A stretch of DNA of 64,000 bases from an uncultured archaeon (GTDB lineage Archaea > Thermoproteota > Nitrososphaeria_A > Caldarchaeales > Wolframiiraptoraceae): NCBI GenBank assembly GCA_938083505.1, contig CALKCF010000004.1, forward strand, positions 1-64,000, read 5' to 3'. The notes beneath the pieces are model-generated. The model was not told the DNA's origin, ran no database searches, and worked only from the letters and a program-made list of their open reading frames with translations. This document shows, in pieces, positions 39,702-49,636 of this stretch. The translations under genes were made by a program, and so were the position numbers. Position 1 is the stretch's first letter; every line of letters starts with the position of its first letter.

Positions 39702-40808
39702 TTGTTGTCGCAACAAAAACTTTACTTTGCTCTAGATGCTGAAGCGTTTGGTAATTTTATTGACGTCTTGAAAGATCTCGGTTACACGGTTTATGGGCCT
39801 GCGGAAAAAGATGGTGCGATTGTCTTCGAAATCCTTGACTCCATTAAGCAGATGCCAAGAGGTTTGTACGACGAGCAATCTCCTGGAAGATATAGGCTTA
39901 CCAAGAAAGATAATCAAAGATACTTCGGTTATGTTGTCGGCCCACAATCCCCGAAATACGTGCTGTACTCGCCCCAGCACTTGCTATTTAAGGTAAGGAA
40001 GGATGGGAGGACATTCATTCCGCAACCAGACGGTAAAAAGATAGCGATCATCGGACTCAGACCGTGCGATTTGAAGGCAATCGAGATACTCGATAACGTC
40101 CTACTTAAGGGACCGTATAAGAGCAATGCATACGAAGCCATCAGAAAAGATGCGCTGTTTATAGCGGTCAACTGCGTTGAGCCTGGTAATAACTGCTTCT
40201 GTACATCCATGAACACTGGTCCGTTTGCGCAATCCGGTTACGATATCTCCATCACCGAGCTTTTAATGAACGGAAGCCACGTCTTTATCCTAGAGACTAT
40301 GACAAACAAGGGCACAGAGATCGTAAGTAGACTTAAATGCAGAAATGCGACAGAGGAGGAGTTAAACGTTGTATCAAAATTGATGGAAGATGCAAAGAAC
40401 AAAATAAGGAAGAAGTTGGACGTCGAGAATCTAAAAGATGACCTTTACAGAAACATCGAACATCCGAATTGGAACGAAATCAATAATAAGTGCTTGGCGT
40501 GCGGGAACTGTACGCTTGTCTGTCCAACGTGCTTCTGCTCTTCCGTGTTTGACAGCTCATCACTCTCGATGGATGTGGCTGAGAGATGGAGGGTATGGGA
40601 TTCCTGCTTCAGCATAGATTACTCATACATTCATGGCGGATCGATAAGACAGTCAATCATGAGTCGATATAGACATTGGTTGATGCATAAGCTTGCTACA
40701 TGGGTCGATCAATTTGGAACGTTTGGCTGCGTAGGTTGCGGAAGGTGCATAACTTGGTGCCCCGTAGGAATAGATATTGTGGAAGAGGCTAGCAAGGTAA
40801 GGGATTGA
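39702..40808 (+). CDS. Group 3b [NiFe]-hydrogenase (sulfhydrogenase) beta subunit
   Basis: RPCD, CFCTS, CLACGNCTLVCPTCFC, CVGCGRCITWCP. Confidence 0.9.
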   Translation: MLSQQKLYFALDAEAFGNFIDVLKDLGYTVYGPAEKDGAIVFEILDSIKQMPRGLYDEQSPGRYRLTKKDNQRYFGYVVGPQSPKYVLYSPQHLLFKVRKDGRTFIPQPDGKKIAIIGLRPCDLKAIEILDNVLLKGPYKSNAYEAIRKDALFIAVNCVEPGNNCFCTSMNTGPFAQSGYDISITELLMNGSHVFILETMTNKGTEIVSRLKCRNATEEELNVVSKLMEDAKNKIRKKLDVENLKDDLYRNIEHPNWNEINNKCLACGNCTLVCPTCFCSSVFDSSSLSMDVAERWRVWDSCFSIDYSYIHGGSIRQSIMSRYRHWLMHKLATWVDQFGTFGCVGCGRCITWCPVGIDIVEEASKVRD

Positions 40809-40812
40809 GTTT

Positions 40813-41670
40813 ATGAAGGAAAAGTCCACGTTAGAGACCGCTCAAGAAGTAGAAGTCGAGGTAATGAGGAAGTTTTCAGTCGAAGAAGTCTTCAAGGAGA
40901 CGCCTGATACTTACACGCTATTACTAAAGCCGTTAGATAAGAAAGATTATAGCTTTGTTCCAGGCCAGTTTAACATGCTGTACGCGTTCGGCGTAGGAGA
41001 GGTGCCGATCTCTTTAAGCGGCGATCCAGACGAGAAGTATCTGATCGCCCACACGATTAGGGTCGTTGGTGCCGTGACAAATGCCTTGGTGAATGCAAGG
41101 AAGCCAAAATTCATTGGCCTTAGGGGTCCATTCGGGAATGGATGGCCTTTGGAGAAGACAAAAGGAAAGGACGTGATAATCGTGGCCGGAGGCATAGGTC
41201 TAGCGCCGCTCAGACCAGCAATATATTACATCTTAAAACACAGGAAGGAATATGGTAGGTTCTTCTTCCTTTACGGTGCTAGGACACCTAATGATTTATT
41301 ATACAAGAAGGAATTAAAGGAGTGGAAGAGTAGGTTCGATATGGATGCCTTCATAACTGTGGATGCTGGTGATGAAAAGTGGACAGGAAATATCGGTGTC
41401 GTAACAACTCTTTTCAAACATATAAAGCTCGACCCGAATAACACGTATGCCTTTGTCTGTGGACCAGAGATAATGATGAAGTTTACTGTACTCGAGCTCA
41501 GGAATCAAGGCTTAACTGATGATAAAATATACATCTCGATGGAAAGGAATATGAAGTGCGGCATGGGGCTTTGTGGACGCTGTCAGTTCGGGCCTTACTT
41601 TGTATGCAAGAACGGCCCGATATTTTCGATGGATCAGATAAATAGGTTCTTTGGGAGGCGTGAGGTCTGA
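40813..41670 (+). CDS. Group 3b hydrogenase gamma subunit (FAD/NAD(P)-binding, 2Fe-2S)
   Basis: [49 protein letters not shown]. Confidence 0.9.
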   Translation: MKEKSTLETAQEVEVEVMRKFSVEEVFKETPDTYTLLLKPLDKKDYSFVPGQFNMLYAFGVGEVPISLSGDPDEKYLIAHTIRVVGAVTNALVNARKPKFIGLRGPFGNGWPLEKTKGKDVIIVAGGIGLAPLRPAIYYILKHRKEYGRFFFLYGARTPNDLLYKKELKEWKSRFDMDAFITVDAGDEKWTGNIGVVTTLFKHIKLDPNNTYAFVCGPEIMMKFTVLELRNQGLTDDKIYISMERNMKCGMGLCGRCQFGPYFVCKNGPIFSMDQINRFFGRREV

Positions 41671-42446
41671 TGGTAGGGAAAATACCTAAGATAGCGGTAT
41701 ACAAGTTCGCATCATGTGATGGTTGTCAGCTAAGCATAGTAGACCTTGAGGATGAGCTTTTGGAGATAAACCAGAAGTTCGAGATAGCTTACTTCATGGA
41801 GGTAACTAGGGCGGCGAAAAGGGGTCCTTACGACGTCGGTTTAGTCGAAGGAAGTATATCCACGCCGCACGCTATCGAACTGATAAAGTCGATAAGGAAG
41901 GACTGCAAGACGCTCGTGGCGATAGGCGCATGCGCGACTGCAGGTGGAATCCAAGCTCTCAGGAACTGGGCGAACGTCGAAGAATTCTCAAAGTACGTCT
42001 ACGCTAAGCCTGAATACATACAGACGCTTGAGAAATCCTCTCCGATCTCAGAGTATGTCCAAGTTGACTTTGAGCTCAGGGGATGTCCTGTGAACAAGTA
42101 CCAGCTCCTTGAGGTTTTGTCCGCATTTCTTGCTGGAAGGAAGCCTAACATACCAACGTACAGCTTGTGCATAGAGTGTAAGAGAAAGGGAAACGTTTGC
42201 GTAACGGTTGCTAAGAGTGTGCCGTGCCTCGGGCCAGTCGTACAAGCAGGTTGTGGTGCACTATGCCCAGCATACTCGAGGGGTTGCTACGGGTGCTTCG
42301 GTCCGATGGAGAGCCCGAACGTGAAGAGCTTAGCAAGCAAATTCATCGAACTTGGAATGGATAAGAAAGATGTGATCCTTAATTTTAGAGGGTTTACAGG
42401 TTGGTCAAAGGAGTTTAGGGAGGTGGATGTGTTAATTGAAGGGTAA
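41670..42446 (+). CDS. Group 3b hydrogenase small (delta) subunit
   Basis: [36 protein letters not shown]. Confidence 0.92.
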   Translation: MVGKIPKIAVYKFASCDGCQLSIVDLEDELLEINQKFEIAYFMEVTRAAKRGPYDVGLVEGSISTPHAIELIKSIRKDCKTLVAIGACATAGGIQALRNWANVEEFSKYVYAKPEYIQTLEKSSPISEYVQVDFELRGCPVNKYQLLEVLSAFLAGRKPNIPTYSLCIECKRKGNVCVTVAKSVPCLGPVVQAGCGALCPAYSRGCYGCFGPMESPNVKSLASKFIELGMDKKDVILNFRGFTGWSKEFREVDVLIEG

Positions 42447-43731
42447 GGCGAAGACGGTAAAGGTAGATTACCTCGCAAGGGTCGAAGGTGAGGGAGCCCT
42501 TTACATAAAGGTAAAGGGCACGGAGGTCCTAGATGTGAAGTTCAAGATATTTGAGGCGCCAAGATTTTTCGAGAGTTTCCTTAGAGGAAGGAAGTACCAC
42601 GAAGTCCCGGACATAACCGCAAGGATATGCGGTATATGCCCAATAGCATACCAGATGAGCTCCGTTCATGCATTAGAGGATGCGTTTGGGGTGAAAGTGG
42701 ACGGCCCTCTAAGAGAGCTCAGGAGGTTCATCTACTGTGGAGAATGGATAGAGAGTCATGCACTCCATGCATTCCTCCTACATGCACCCGACTTCCTTGG
42801 TTATGATGATGCAATGAGGATGGCGAAGGCCCATCCAGACATTGTCAAGAAGGCATTGATGGTGAAGAAGATAGGCAACGAGATCATGGCGAAGCTTGGT
42901 GGAAGGGAGATACATCCAGTATCTGTCTGCGTCGGAGGGTTTTATAAGGTACCGACGAAGAGGCAGATGGAGGCGATGAGAGAGGACCTGAAGAAGGGCA
43001 TGGACCTCAGCGTCGAACTACTCAGATGGGTTGCGGACCTCAAGTTCCCCGACTTCGAGCAGGACTATGAGTTTGTGTCGCTTAGACATCCAGATGAATA
43101 CCCATTAAACGAGGGAAGGATAGTGTCCAATAAGGGCTTGGATATATCGATAAGCGAGTACGAGAACAATTTCGTGGAAGAACATGTACCATACACAAAC
43201 GCCCTTCAATCATACATAAAGGGCAGGGGCTCTTACATGGTAGGGCCTCTTGCAAGGATAAACCTGAATTACGACAAGCTATGGGACCTAACGAAGGACA
43301 TGCTGAAGTCCATAGGCTTCAAGATTCCATGCAGGAACCCATTCAAGAGCATAATAGCGAGGTGTGCTGAGGTGTTGTACTCCTTCGAGGAGGCGCTCAG
43401 GATAATTAATGAGTATAAAGAACCTAACGAGTCAAAGGTTGATTACAAAGTAAAGGCAGGAAGGGGTTATGGTTGCACTGAGGCACCAAGAGGCTCATTA
43501 TACCATAGGTATGATGTAGCCGCCGATGGTACCATAGTTTCGGCAAAAATAGTACCTCCGACTGCGCAGAACCAAAAGCGGATGGAGGATGACCTGAGGG
43601 CGATGGCACCATCTGTCATGAAACTCCCTTATGAGAAGGCTGTCTGGAGGTTCGAGCAGGCCTTAAGGAACTACGATCCGTGCATATCTTGCGCCACACA
43701 CTTCCTGAGGCTAGAGGTAGAGCGCTCCTAG
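42436..43731 (+). CDS. Group 3b [NiFe]-hydrogenase large (alpha) subunit
   Basis: ARVEGEG, L1 RICGICP, EAPRG, L2 DPCISCATH plus C-terminal extension. Confidence 0.95.
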   Translation: MKGKAKTVKVDYLARVEGEGALYIKVKGTEVLDVKFKIFEAPRFFESFLRGRKYHEVPDITARICGICPIAYQMSSVHALEDAFGVKVDGPLRELRRFIYCGEWIESHALHAFLLHAPDFLGYDDAMRMAKAHPDIVKKALMVKKIGNEIMAKLGGREIHPVSVCVGGFYKVPTKRQMEAMREDLKKGMDLSVELLRWVADLKFPDFEQDYEFVSLRHPDEYPLNEGRIVSNKGLDISISEYENNFVEEHVPYTNALQSYIKGRGSYMVGPLARINLNYDKLWDLTKDMLKSIGFKIPCRNPFKSIIARCAEVLYSFEEALRIINEYKEPNESKVDYKVKAGRGYGCTEAPRGSLYHRYDVAADGTIVSAKIVPPTAQNQKRMEDDLRAMAPSVMKLPYEKAVWRFEQALRNYDPCISCATHFLRLEVERS

Positions 43732-43822
43732 TTGCTGTTTAGCAATACGTGACCTGCAGGGCTTAGAAGGTCGCGAAATACTGTTAAAATTTTTATTTAG
43801 AAGCCAAAATAAGTAAAGCTGG

Positions 43823-43897
43823 GCGGCCGTGGTCTAGCCTGGATAAGACACCAGCCTGCCACGCTGGGGTTCCCGGGTTCAAATCCCGGCGGCCGCA
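43823..43897 (+). tRNA. tRNA-Gly(GCC), no intron
   Basis: GCGGCCG TG GTCTAGCCTGGATAAGAC A CCAGC CTGCCAC GCTGG GGTTC CCGGG TTCAAAT CCCGG CGGCCGC A. Confidence 0.96.
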
Positions 43898-43925
43898 TAT
43901 CCTTCAATAACCAAATAGAGCCAAC

Positions 43926-45059
43926 ATGCCCGCGTTCTTTGCAACAATAGTTACAGGGCTAGAAGATGTTGGGGCAAAAGAGGTCGAGTCTATAGTAGGC
44001 TGTAAAGCAAGGCCGGATGCCGGTAAGGTGTTCTTCGAATGCGACATTTATGGTGCTGTATTGCTGAACTTTACCTCTCGTTGTTTACATAAGATTTTCC
44101 TATTACTTGGACACGATACCGTTTCCTCGCTGGAAGATGTTGCACGCCTTGCACGTAGTATAGATTATGCTGAGCTGATCCTACCGTCGCAGTCGTTCGC
44201 CGTTAGGGTCGAGAAACATGGTGAGCATGAGCTTAGAAGCCTCGATATTGCCTCAACTGTAGGCAAGAGTGTCGTAGAGTCTTACCTTGCATCCAAAAAC
44301 GTCAGGCTTGTTGTCAATTTAGACAACCCAGATGTCGAGCTGTATGCTTTGCTGAGGAACAATGAGTTGCTGATTGGCTTGAACATGACTGGGCAATCGC
44401 TTCATAGAAGGTTTTACAAAACATTCTATCATAGAGCGTCGCTCATGCCGACGATAGCTTGCTCCATGATATTGCTGAGCGGTTGGAAACCGGGAGAGAG
44501 TTTGTTAGATCCGATGTGTGGAGGCGGAACGATACCGATAGAGGCGGCACTGATGGCAAGACGCATAGCGCCAGGCTTGAGAAAGGGTAATCTGGCCTTA
44601 GAGAGGCTATTCTTCATCGAAAAAGAGCTTATTGGAGAGATTCGCGACAAGCTTCTCTCAAACGAGACGAATGTTATGGTGGAAATCTACGGCATAGATG
44701 TCTCGCCAAAGAGTGTTGAAGGTGCACTTGTTAACGCAGCCAAGGCGAACGTATTGGATACTGTGTCAATAAAGGTTGGCGACGCATTAAATTTAGTTAA
44801 TTACATAAGCGAGCCGCCCGATCACATCATAACGAATCCGCCCTACGGTATAAGGATGGGTATCAGGAACATAGAAAAGTTCTATGAGAGAATCTTAACG
44901 TCGATTAGACAGGCGGCTCCGCATGCAACTATAACGATAATAACGAGTAAGTCGAACCTTCTCAGAAGGATTGCGGAAGCGCTCAGAATGCAAGTGGTCG
45001 AGGCTAGACAGTTGTTCTACGGAAGGATTCAAGCGAACATAATTAAGCTGTTGCAATAA
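43926..45059 (+). CDS. THUMP-domain RNA guanine-N2 methyltransferase (Trm14-like)
   Basis: TGLE, THUMP domain, SLHRR, DPMCGGGTIPIEAA, TNPPYG. Confidence 0.88.
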   Translation: MPAFFATIVTGLEDVGAKEVESIVGCKARPDAGKVFFECDIYGAVLLNFTSRCLHKIFLLLGHDTVSSLEDVARLARSIDYAELILPSQSFAVRVEKHGEHELRSLDIASTVGKSVVESYLASKNVRLVVNLDNPDVELYALLRNNELLIGLNMTGQSLHRRFYKTFYHRASLMPTIACSMILLSGWKPGESLLDPMCGGGTIPIEAALMARRIAPGLRKGNLALERLFFIEKELIGEIRDKLLSNETNVMVEIYGIDVSPKSVEGALVNAAKANVLDTVSIKVGDALNLVNYISEPPDHIITNPPYGIRMGIRNIEKFYERILTSIRQAAPHATITIITSKSNLLRRIAEALRMQVVEARQLFYGRIQANIIKLLQ

Positions 45060-45070
45060 AAATTAACTCT

Positions 45071-46354
45071 TTACTTGCAAAAATTCATCCAGCCTTCCAT
45101 CTTCTCCCATGACCAGCTGTAGCTTGCCGGCACAGCATACCCATAGACTATGCAACCACGCCAAACCGAGTACTGCGGCTCCGATGCCATAGTAACCTCT
45201 ATGTTCTCTATGCCCTTCTCCGCCATCATACGTTTAATCTTCGTAGCAGAATCCACGCAGACGTTCTTCAACTTCTCTGGAACCCTCCAAGAGAAGTTCC
45301 CACCGGATAAGAGTATCTGGCTGTAGAGCAGTGGCTGGAGCTCAACAGGACACTTCTCTACAGCACTTATTATCGCTTCAGCCATGTTAAGCATTCCATA
45401 AAAGACAACATCACCGACCTTTGTGTCCCTTGGTCTCGGCATCCCTCTCTTAAAATAACTCTGAAATATTTCGTGGTTTGGGTTAAAGACGTACTCGCCG
45501 ACTAAAAATCTTGTCCAAGAGTTCTCGGCAAGGTCTATCTTGAGTCTAGTTCCAGGAACCGAATAGACCGTCCTAACAGCATCTGGGTTATTTTTAGCGA
45601 ATGAAATGGCAGAGTTTAAATCAGCAGGCAATAGACCCAGGTTTTCCTTAACCTTTCTCACCAGAGTCTCCTCAGCAGCCAAATCACCATAACCAGCATC
45701 TTTGAGGATTTCTGTCATGATAGCGTTGGCATCGCTCCCTCCCCTATTCAAAGCTATGACAGCACCTCTTATGGGTGCTCTAGAGATTGGTGCGAACTGT
45801 GTATTTCCATGCCCGCTCTCCACCACGACGCAAGATGTCTTCTTGTGAGCTATGGCGACAGCAAGAGGTTGCGAAATTATTGTTGCCGAATGTACGAGGC
45901 CCGCCTCTTTGGCCATGCTCTCAAGCATTTCAAAGAACTTCTCGTACATGTACCTCGGCGCGACGGCTGAGAGTGCGGCCACGACATAAAAACCATTGAA
46001 GCCCCAACCCTTTGGCTTGAACTCCTCTAACGCATGGCGCATCAGCTCCCTCACCACTTTCCATGCTTTTACATCGTCCTTCATGATGATGCCTTCTCTC
46101 ATCGGGTAGATGAGTCGTGTGGCGAGCTCTGCACCGCTCTCCAAGAATAGCGTTATATCCTTTCCGACGATCACTTCACGGTCAACACCCATTATCTGGG
46201 AGAGAATTGTTTTCTCAGGGAAGTAACCCCTGTTTTCTACGACAAGAGGTCTCTCGCCTTGGGTTATTGGCCCGTACTTAAACTCGCTTGTACCGTAATC
46301 CGTTCCGAACACGTAACGCTTTTTGTAATCTTCGTCATGCATCTCCATCAACAA
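45071..46354 (-). CDS. Crenactin (archaeal actin homologue)
   Basis: Phosphate-1 GTDYGTSEFKYG, YPMREG, SQPLAV, phosphate-2 VESGHGNTQ, adenosine LLSGGNF, YSVWRG; start may be 46348. Confidence 0.92.
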   Translation of the reverse strand: MLMEMHDEDYKKRYVFGTDYGTSEFKYGPITQGERPLVVENRGYFPEKTILSQIMGVDREVIVGKDITLFLESGAELATRLIYPMREGIIMKDDVKAWKVVRELMRHALEEFKPKGWGFNGFYVVAALSAVAPRYMYEKFFEMLESMAKEAGLVHSATIISQPLAVAIAHKKTSCVVVESGHGNTQFAPISRAPIRGAVIALNRGGSDANAIMTEILKDAGYGDLAAEETLVRKVKENLGLLPADLNSAISFAKNNPDAVRTVYSVPGTRLKIDLAENSWTRFLVGEYVFNPNHEIFQSYFKRGMPRPRDTKVGDVVFYGMLNMAEAIISAVEKCPVELQPLLYSQILLSGGNFSWRVPEKLKNVCVDSATKIKRMMAEKGIENIEVTMASEPQYSVWRGCIVYGYAVPASYSWSWEKMEGWMNFCK

Positions 46355-46386
46355 TATCTATAATGCTTATGAATTTAAGCGTTAAA

Positions 46387-47052
46387 CTAACCTTTGCCCG
46401 CTAATATATCGAGCCATGGATTGTCTTTTACGAATGACGGTAACTCAATTTCGGAGTTAAGGTTAGCTATCTTGTCAGGCACATACTGTACTGTAGGTTT
46501 GACGTGCAATGGGCGCATACCCTCAAAACTCAGTAACTTGTTAGAGAGTTCGTTGTATGCTACCTCGAGCCTCTCCAACCTTGCCACCAACGCGTCTATT
46601 TCATTTACCTTATAGACAACCCTCTCCAGCCTCTCTATCCTTTCAAGCACTTGCAAAACTTCCTCGTATTTTATAGGCACGCTACCTTCATTCCCCATCT
46701 CGTCGTGCTTTATGTTCTTTACAATGGGTGGCAACTCCTCTATACCATGCGGTCCATACAACAGAAGACCTATGCCGTGCAACCTGATAACCATGAACTC
46801 ATCCATAGAGCTCATGTTCTTCGGAACCAAGATGTATGGTTTCTCACCTTTGGCCGCCCAGAAAGCAGACTGCAGAGCGGCGGAGATTAACTCCAGCCTA
46901 CCATCGGTATCATCAAGTATCTTGACGACATAAGTAGAACTGTTCCCAACGAACCTCAGCGTATCTTCTTCCACACTACCGCTATCGAACCTCAGGCCCT
47001 GCCTTGACATGTAGCTGATGACATTCCTTTCAAGAATGGTCCGCGGTACCAA
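46387..47052 (-). CDS. Arcadin-2-like crenactin-binding protein
   Basis: Immediately upstream of crenactin; coiled coil; C-terminal amphipathic DNPWLDILAGKG resembles the arcadin-2 actin-binding tail. Confidence 0.7.
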   Translation of the reverse strand: MVPRTILERNVISYMSRQGLRFDSGSVEEDTLRFVGNSSTYVVKILDDTDGRLELISAALQSAFWAAKGEKPYILVPKNMSSMDEFMVIRLHGIGLLLYGPHGIEELPPIVKNIKHDEMGNEGSVPIKYEEVLQVLERIERLERVVYKVNEIDALVARLERLEVAYNELSNKLLSFEGMRPLHVKPTVQYVPDKIANLNSEIELPSFVKDNPWLDILAGKG

Positions 47053-47140
47053 AATCTGTCAAATTACATAACAAGGCTTTTTCGTTAAAAGGTTATTTGA
47101 GTAAGGTATGGGGAGAGTTTACCGAAAGTGAAGATGAGCT

Positions 47141-48106
47141 TCAGAAGGCCTTAATCGAGACAAGCTCGTTGAGAATATGCTGCGGAGCCCTTGGTCCTCT
47201 GAACAACATGGCAGTCATTATCTGAACGGTGTTTGCACCAGCCCTTAACGCTTCTAAGGCGTCAGCTCCTGTCATTATGCCACCGACTGCGTTTATCTCG
47301 ATTTCTTCGCCCAGCTCCTTTCTAATCTCCCTCACAGTTTCTAGCATTATGCGTGTTAGTGGTCTGCCACTCAAACCACCCCTTCCTAGCGCGAGCTCTG
47401 GTGCATCGACCAAGAGTGTGTTAACGGCCGTTACGCCGTCCATTCCACAATCCATCCATACTTTTACCAACTTACACATCTCATTCATCTCTTCGGAGGT
47501 CGTTGGTGGCGGAATCTTGATGTATGCGGGCTTCAATTTTATCCCCTTCAACATCTCGACAAATTCACGCAAATTTTTTGGTTCCTTCATATATGTGCTA
47601 GCTTCGTTTGTAGGGCATGAGATATTTACCTCAACGGCATCAACGACTTTCTGCAGAGCGGCAAAGCATTCGACAAATTCGTTAATCGTGTTGCCTGTTA
47701 TGCTGGCGACGACCTTGCAACCTTCAACCCTTTTAAAGTTCTTCAAGAACTTCATTATACCAGGGTTGGGCAGACCCATAGCGTTGACGACTGCCTGTTC
47801 CGCTTCCCTGTAAGCTATTCTTGGTTTAGGATGGCCCTTTCTCGGATTTAGCGTAAAGCTGCCCACTACTATGTAGCCGAAGCCAAGCTTGGACAGTGCC
47901 TTGACGTACTTACCGCTTTTATCATAACCTGCCGCGAGACCTAATGGGTTCTTCAATCTACCCATCTTCGTTTCAACCTCTAAGTCTTTTGGAGACTCAA
48001 ACTCCAATGGTAGGTACTTCAAAAGCCTAAGCCAAGTAGCATGCAGGAGTTCTGATCCTAAAATACGCGCCAAGAGTTTTACTGCGGGATTTATCCTAAA
48101 CGACAA
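47141..48106 (-). CDS. pyrD: Dihydroorotate dehydrogenase
   Basis: GLAAGYDK, GHPKPR, NAMGLPNPG, NISCP, NT, GGLSG, VGGI. Confidence 0.92.
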   Translation of the reverse strand: MSFRINPAVKLLARILGSELLHATWLRLLKYLPLEFESPKDLEVETKMGRLKNPLGLAAGYDKSGKYVKALSKLGFGYIVVGSFTLNPRKGHPKPRIAYREAEQAVVNAMGLPNPGIMKFLKNFKRVEGCKVVASITGNTINEFVECFAALQKVVDAVEVNISCPTNEASTYMKEPKNLREFVEMLKGIKLKPAYIKIPPPTTSEEMNEMCKLVKVWMDCGMDGVTAVNTLLVDAPELALGRGGLSGRPLTRIMLETVREIRKELGEEIEINAVGGIMTGADALEALRAGANTVQIMTAMLFRGPRAPQHILNELVSIKAF

Positions 48107-48232
48107 AATGACACCATCCTATATAACCTAAACCAAAATATTATTTTTTGTAAAGTTACACCGGTATTATGGTTGGCCAAAGCCCGTGAGTTCCTTATAT
48201 ATCAGAACAAGGGATTTTCGTAAGGGTCACGA

Positions 48233-49150
48233 GTGTGGAAGTTTAGGGATGTTATATCTATACTGGACTACACCAGGGATGAACTTGAGCACCTTTTTTC
48301 CGTGACCGATAGGGTGCTTGAACGCCCAGTAGATGTTGGAAAGCCGTTGGAGGGTAACATAGTAGCCACAGCATTCATAGAACCAAGCACCAGGACGAGG
48401 CTGAGCTTCGAGACAGCTGCTAAAAGGCTTGGTGCAGAAATCATAAACCTTGAACCTCAGCTGTCATCTATGACTAAGGGTGAGAGTTTAACCGACACGC
48501 TTAGGATGCTAGATGACTATGCCGACCTAATAGTGATAAGGAGCCCATACGAGGGGTCGGCAAAACATGCTGCCGATATCTGCGAGCATCCTGTGATAAA
48601 CGGTGGTGATGGGACGCAGCACCATCCAACTCAGGCAATGATAGACCTGTATACGATAAGGAAGTTAAAGGGTAGGATAGATGGGTTGGAAGTTGGTGTG
48701 GTCGGTGACCTGAAGTACGGTAGGGCCGCTGCATCCTTCATATACGGCCTAACGAAGTTTAACGTTAGAAAGATATGGTTGGTGTCGCCTGAACCTCTTT
48801 CACCAAGACCTGAACTTATGGATAGGCTGAGGAAAATGAGCGTGGACATCGTGAAGACAGAGAACATAGAAGAAGCTGTGGAGAACGTTGACATCCTCTA
48901 CGTAACGAGGATACAAAAGGAGAGATTTCCCGACCTTGCTGAGTATGAGAAGCTAAGAGGTAGCTACGTGATAACGAGGAAGCTCCTCTCAAGGGCACGT
49001 GAGGGTCTAAAGGTCTTGCACCCCCTCCCGAGGGTTGATGAGCTCTCTAATGACGTAGACGATACGCCATACCAAGCGTATTTCGTTCAAGCTAAGCTCG
49101 GAGTTCCCGTCAGGATGGCTCTGATAGGTTTAGTTCTGGGAGTGTTTTAG
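48233..49150 (+). CDS. pyrB: Aspartate carbamoyltransferase catalytic subunit
   Basis: EPSTRTRLSF, HPTQ, GDLKYGR, RIQKER, HPLPR. Confidence 0.97.
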   Translation: MWKFRDVISILDYTRDELEHLFSVTDRVLERPVDVGKPLEGNIVATAFIEPSTRTRLSFETAAKRLGAEIINLEPQLSSMTKGESLTDTLRMLDDYADLIVIRSPYEGSAKHAADICEHPVINGGDGTQHHPTQAMIDLYTIRKLKGRIDGLEVGVVGDLKYGRAAASFIYGLTKFNVRKIWLVSPEPLSPRPELMDRLRKMSVDIVKTENIEEAVENVDILYVTRIQKERFPDLAEYEKLRGSYVITRKLLSRAREGLKVLHPLPRVDELSNDVDDTPYQAYFVQAKLGVPVRMALIGLVLGVF

Positions 49151-49636
49151 ATGTCCCATACGAACGAACAGGAAACTTTACGGGTGAGCAAGATAAAGAA
49201 TGGAACGGTCATAGACCACATACCCGCAGGTAGGGCTTTAGCCGTCCTAAGACTGCTTGGAATAACTGGAGGCGAGGGACACGTTATAACTGTGACGATG
49301 AATGTTAAGAGTGGGAAACTCGGTAAGAAGGACCTAGTAAAGGTCGAGGATCTTGAACTCATGGCTGAGCAGGTCAACAAATTGACACTTATAGCACCTA
49401 CCGCCACGATAAACATAATACGGAATTATGAGGTTGTAGAGAAGAGAGCGGTCAAGCTGCCCGATAGAATAACTGGCATCCTTAGGTGTACAAACCCAGG
49501 TTGTATAACTAGGCAACCCATGGAGCACGTGAGCTCAAAGTTTATTGTAGTCTCGAAGACCCCTCTAAGGCTCGAGTGTGAATACTGCGGTAGATATCTT
49601 GAGGAGGAAGAAGTGCTTAAGCAATTGACACAGTAG
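49151..49636 (+). CDS. pyrI: Aspartate carbamoyltransferase regulatory subunit
   Basis: IKNGTVIDHI, KKD, CTNPGCIT, CEYC. Confidence 0.96.
   Translation: MSHTNEQETLRVSKIKNGTVIDHIPAGRALAVLRLLGITGGEGHVITVTMNVKSGKLGKKDLVKVEDLELMAEQVNKLTLIAPTATINIIRNYEVVEKRAVKLPDRITGILRCTNPGCITRQPMEHVSSKFIVVSKTPLRLECEYCGRYLEEEEVLKQLTQ

Noticed and set aside
43748-43775. Hairpin after the hydrogenase large subunit, considered as a SECIS
   Set aside because: L2 motif uses TGC Cys codons and there is no in-frame TGA; at most a terminator-like stem
38585-43897. tRNA-integrated provirus or integrative element
   Set aside because: No integrase, no duplicated tRNA 3' fragment, and both tRNAs present their 5' ends to the segment
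47053-47140. Partial C'/D'-like words (CCGA, GTGAAGA) between the arcadin-like gene and pyrD
   Set aside because: No properly spaced C and D boxes or terminal stem
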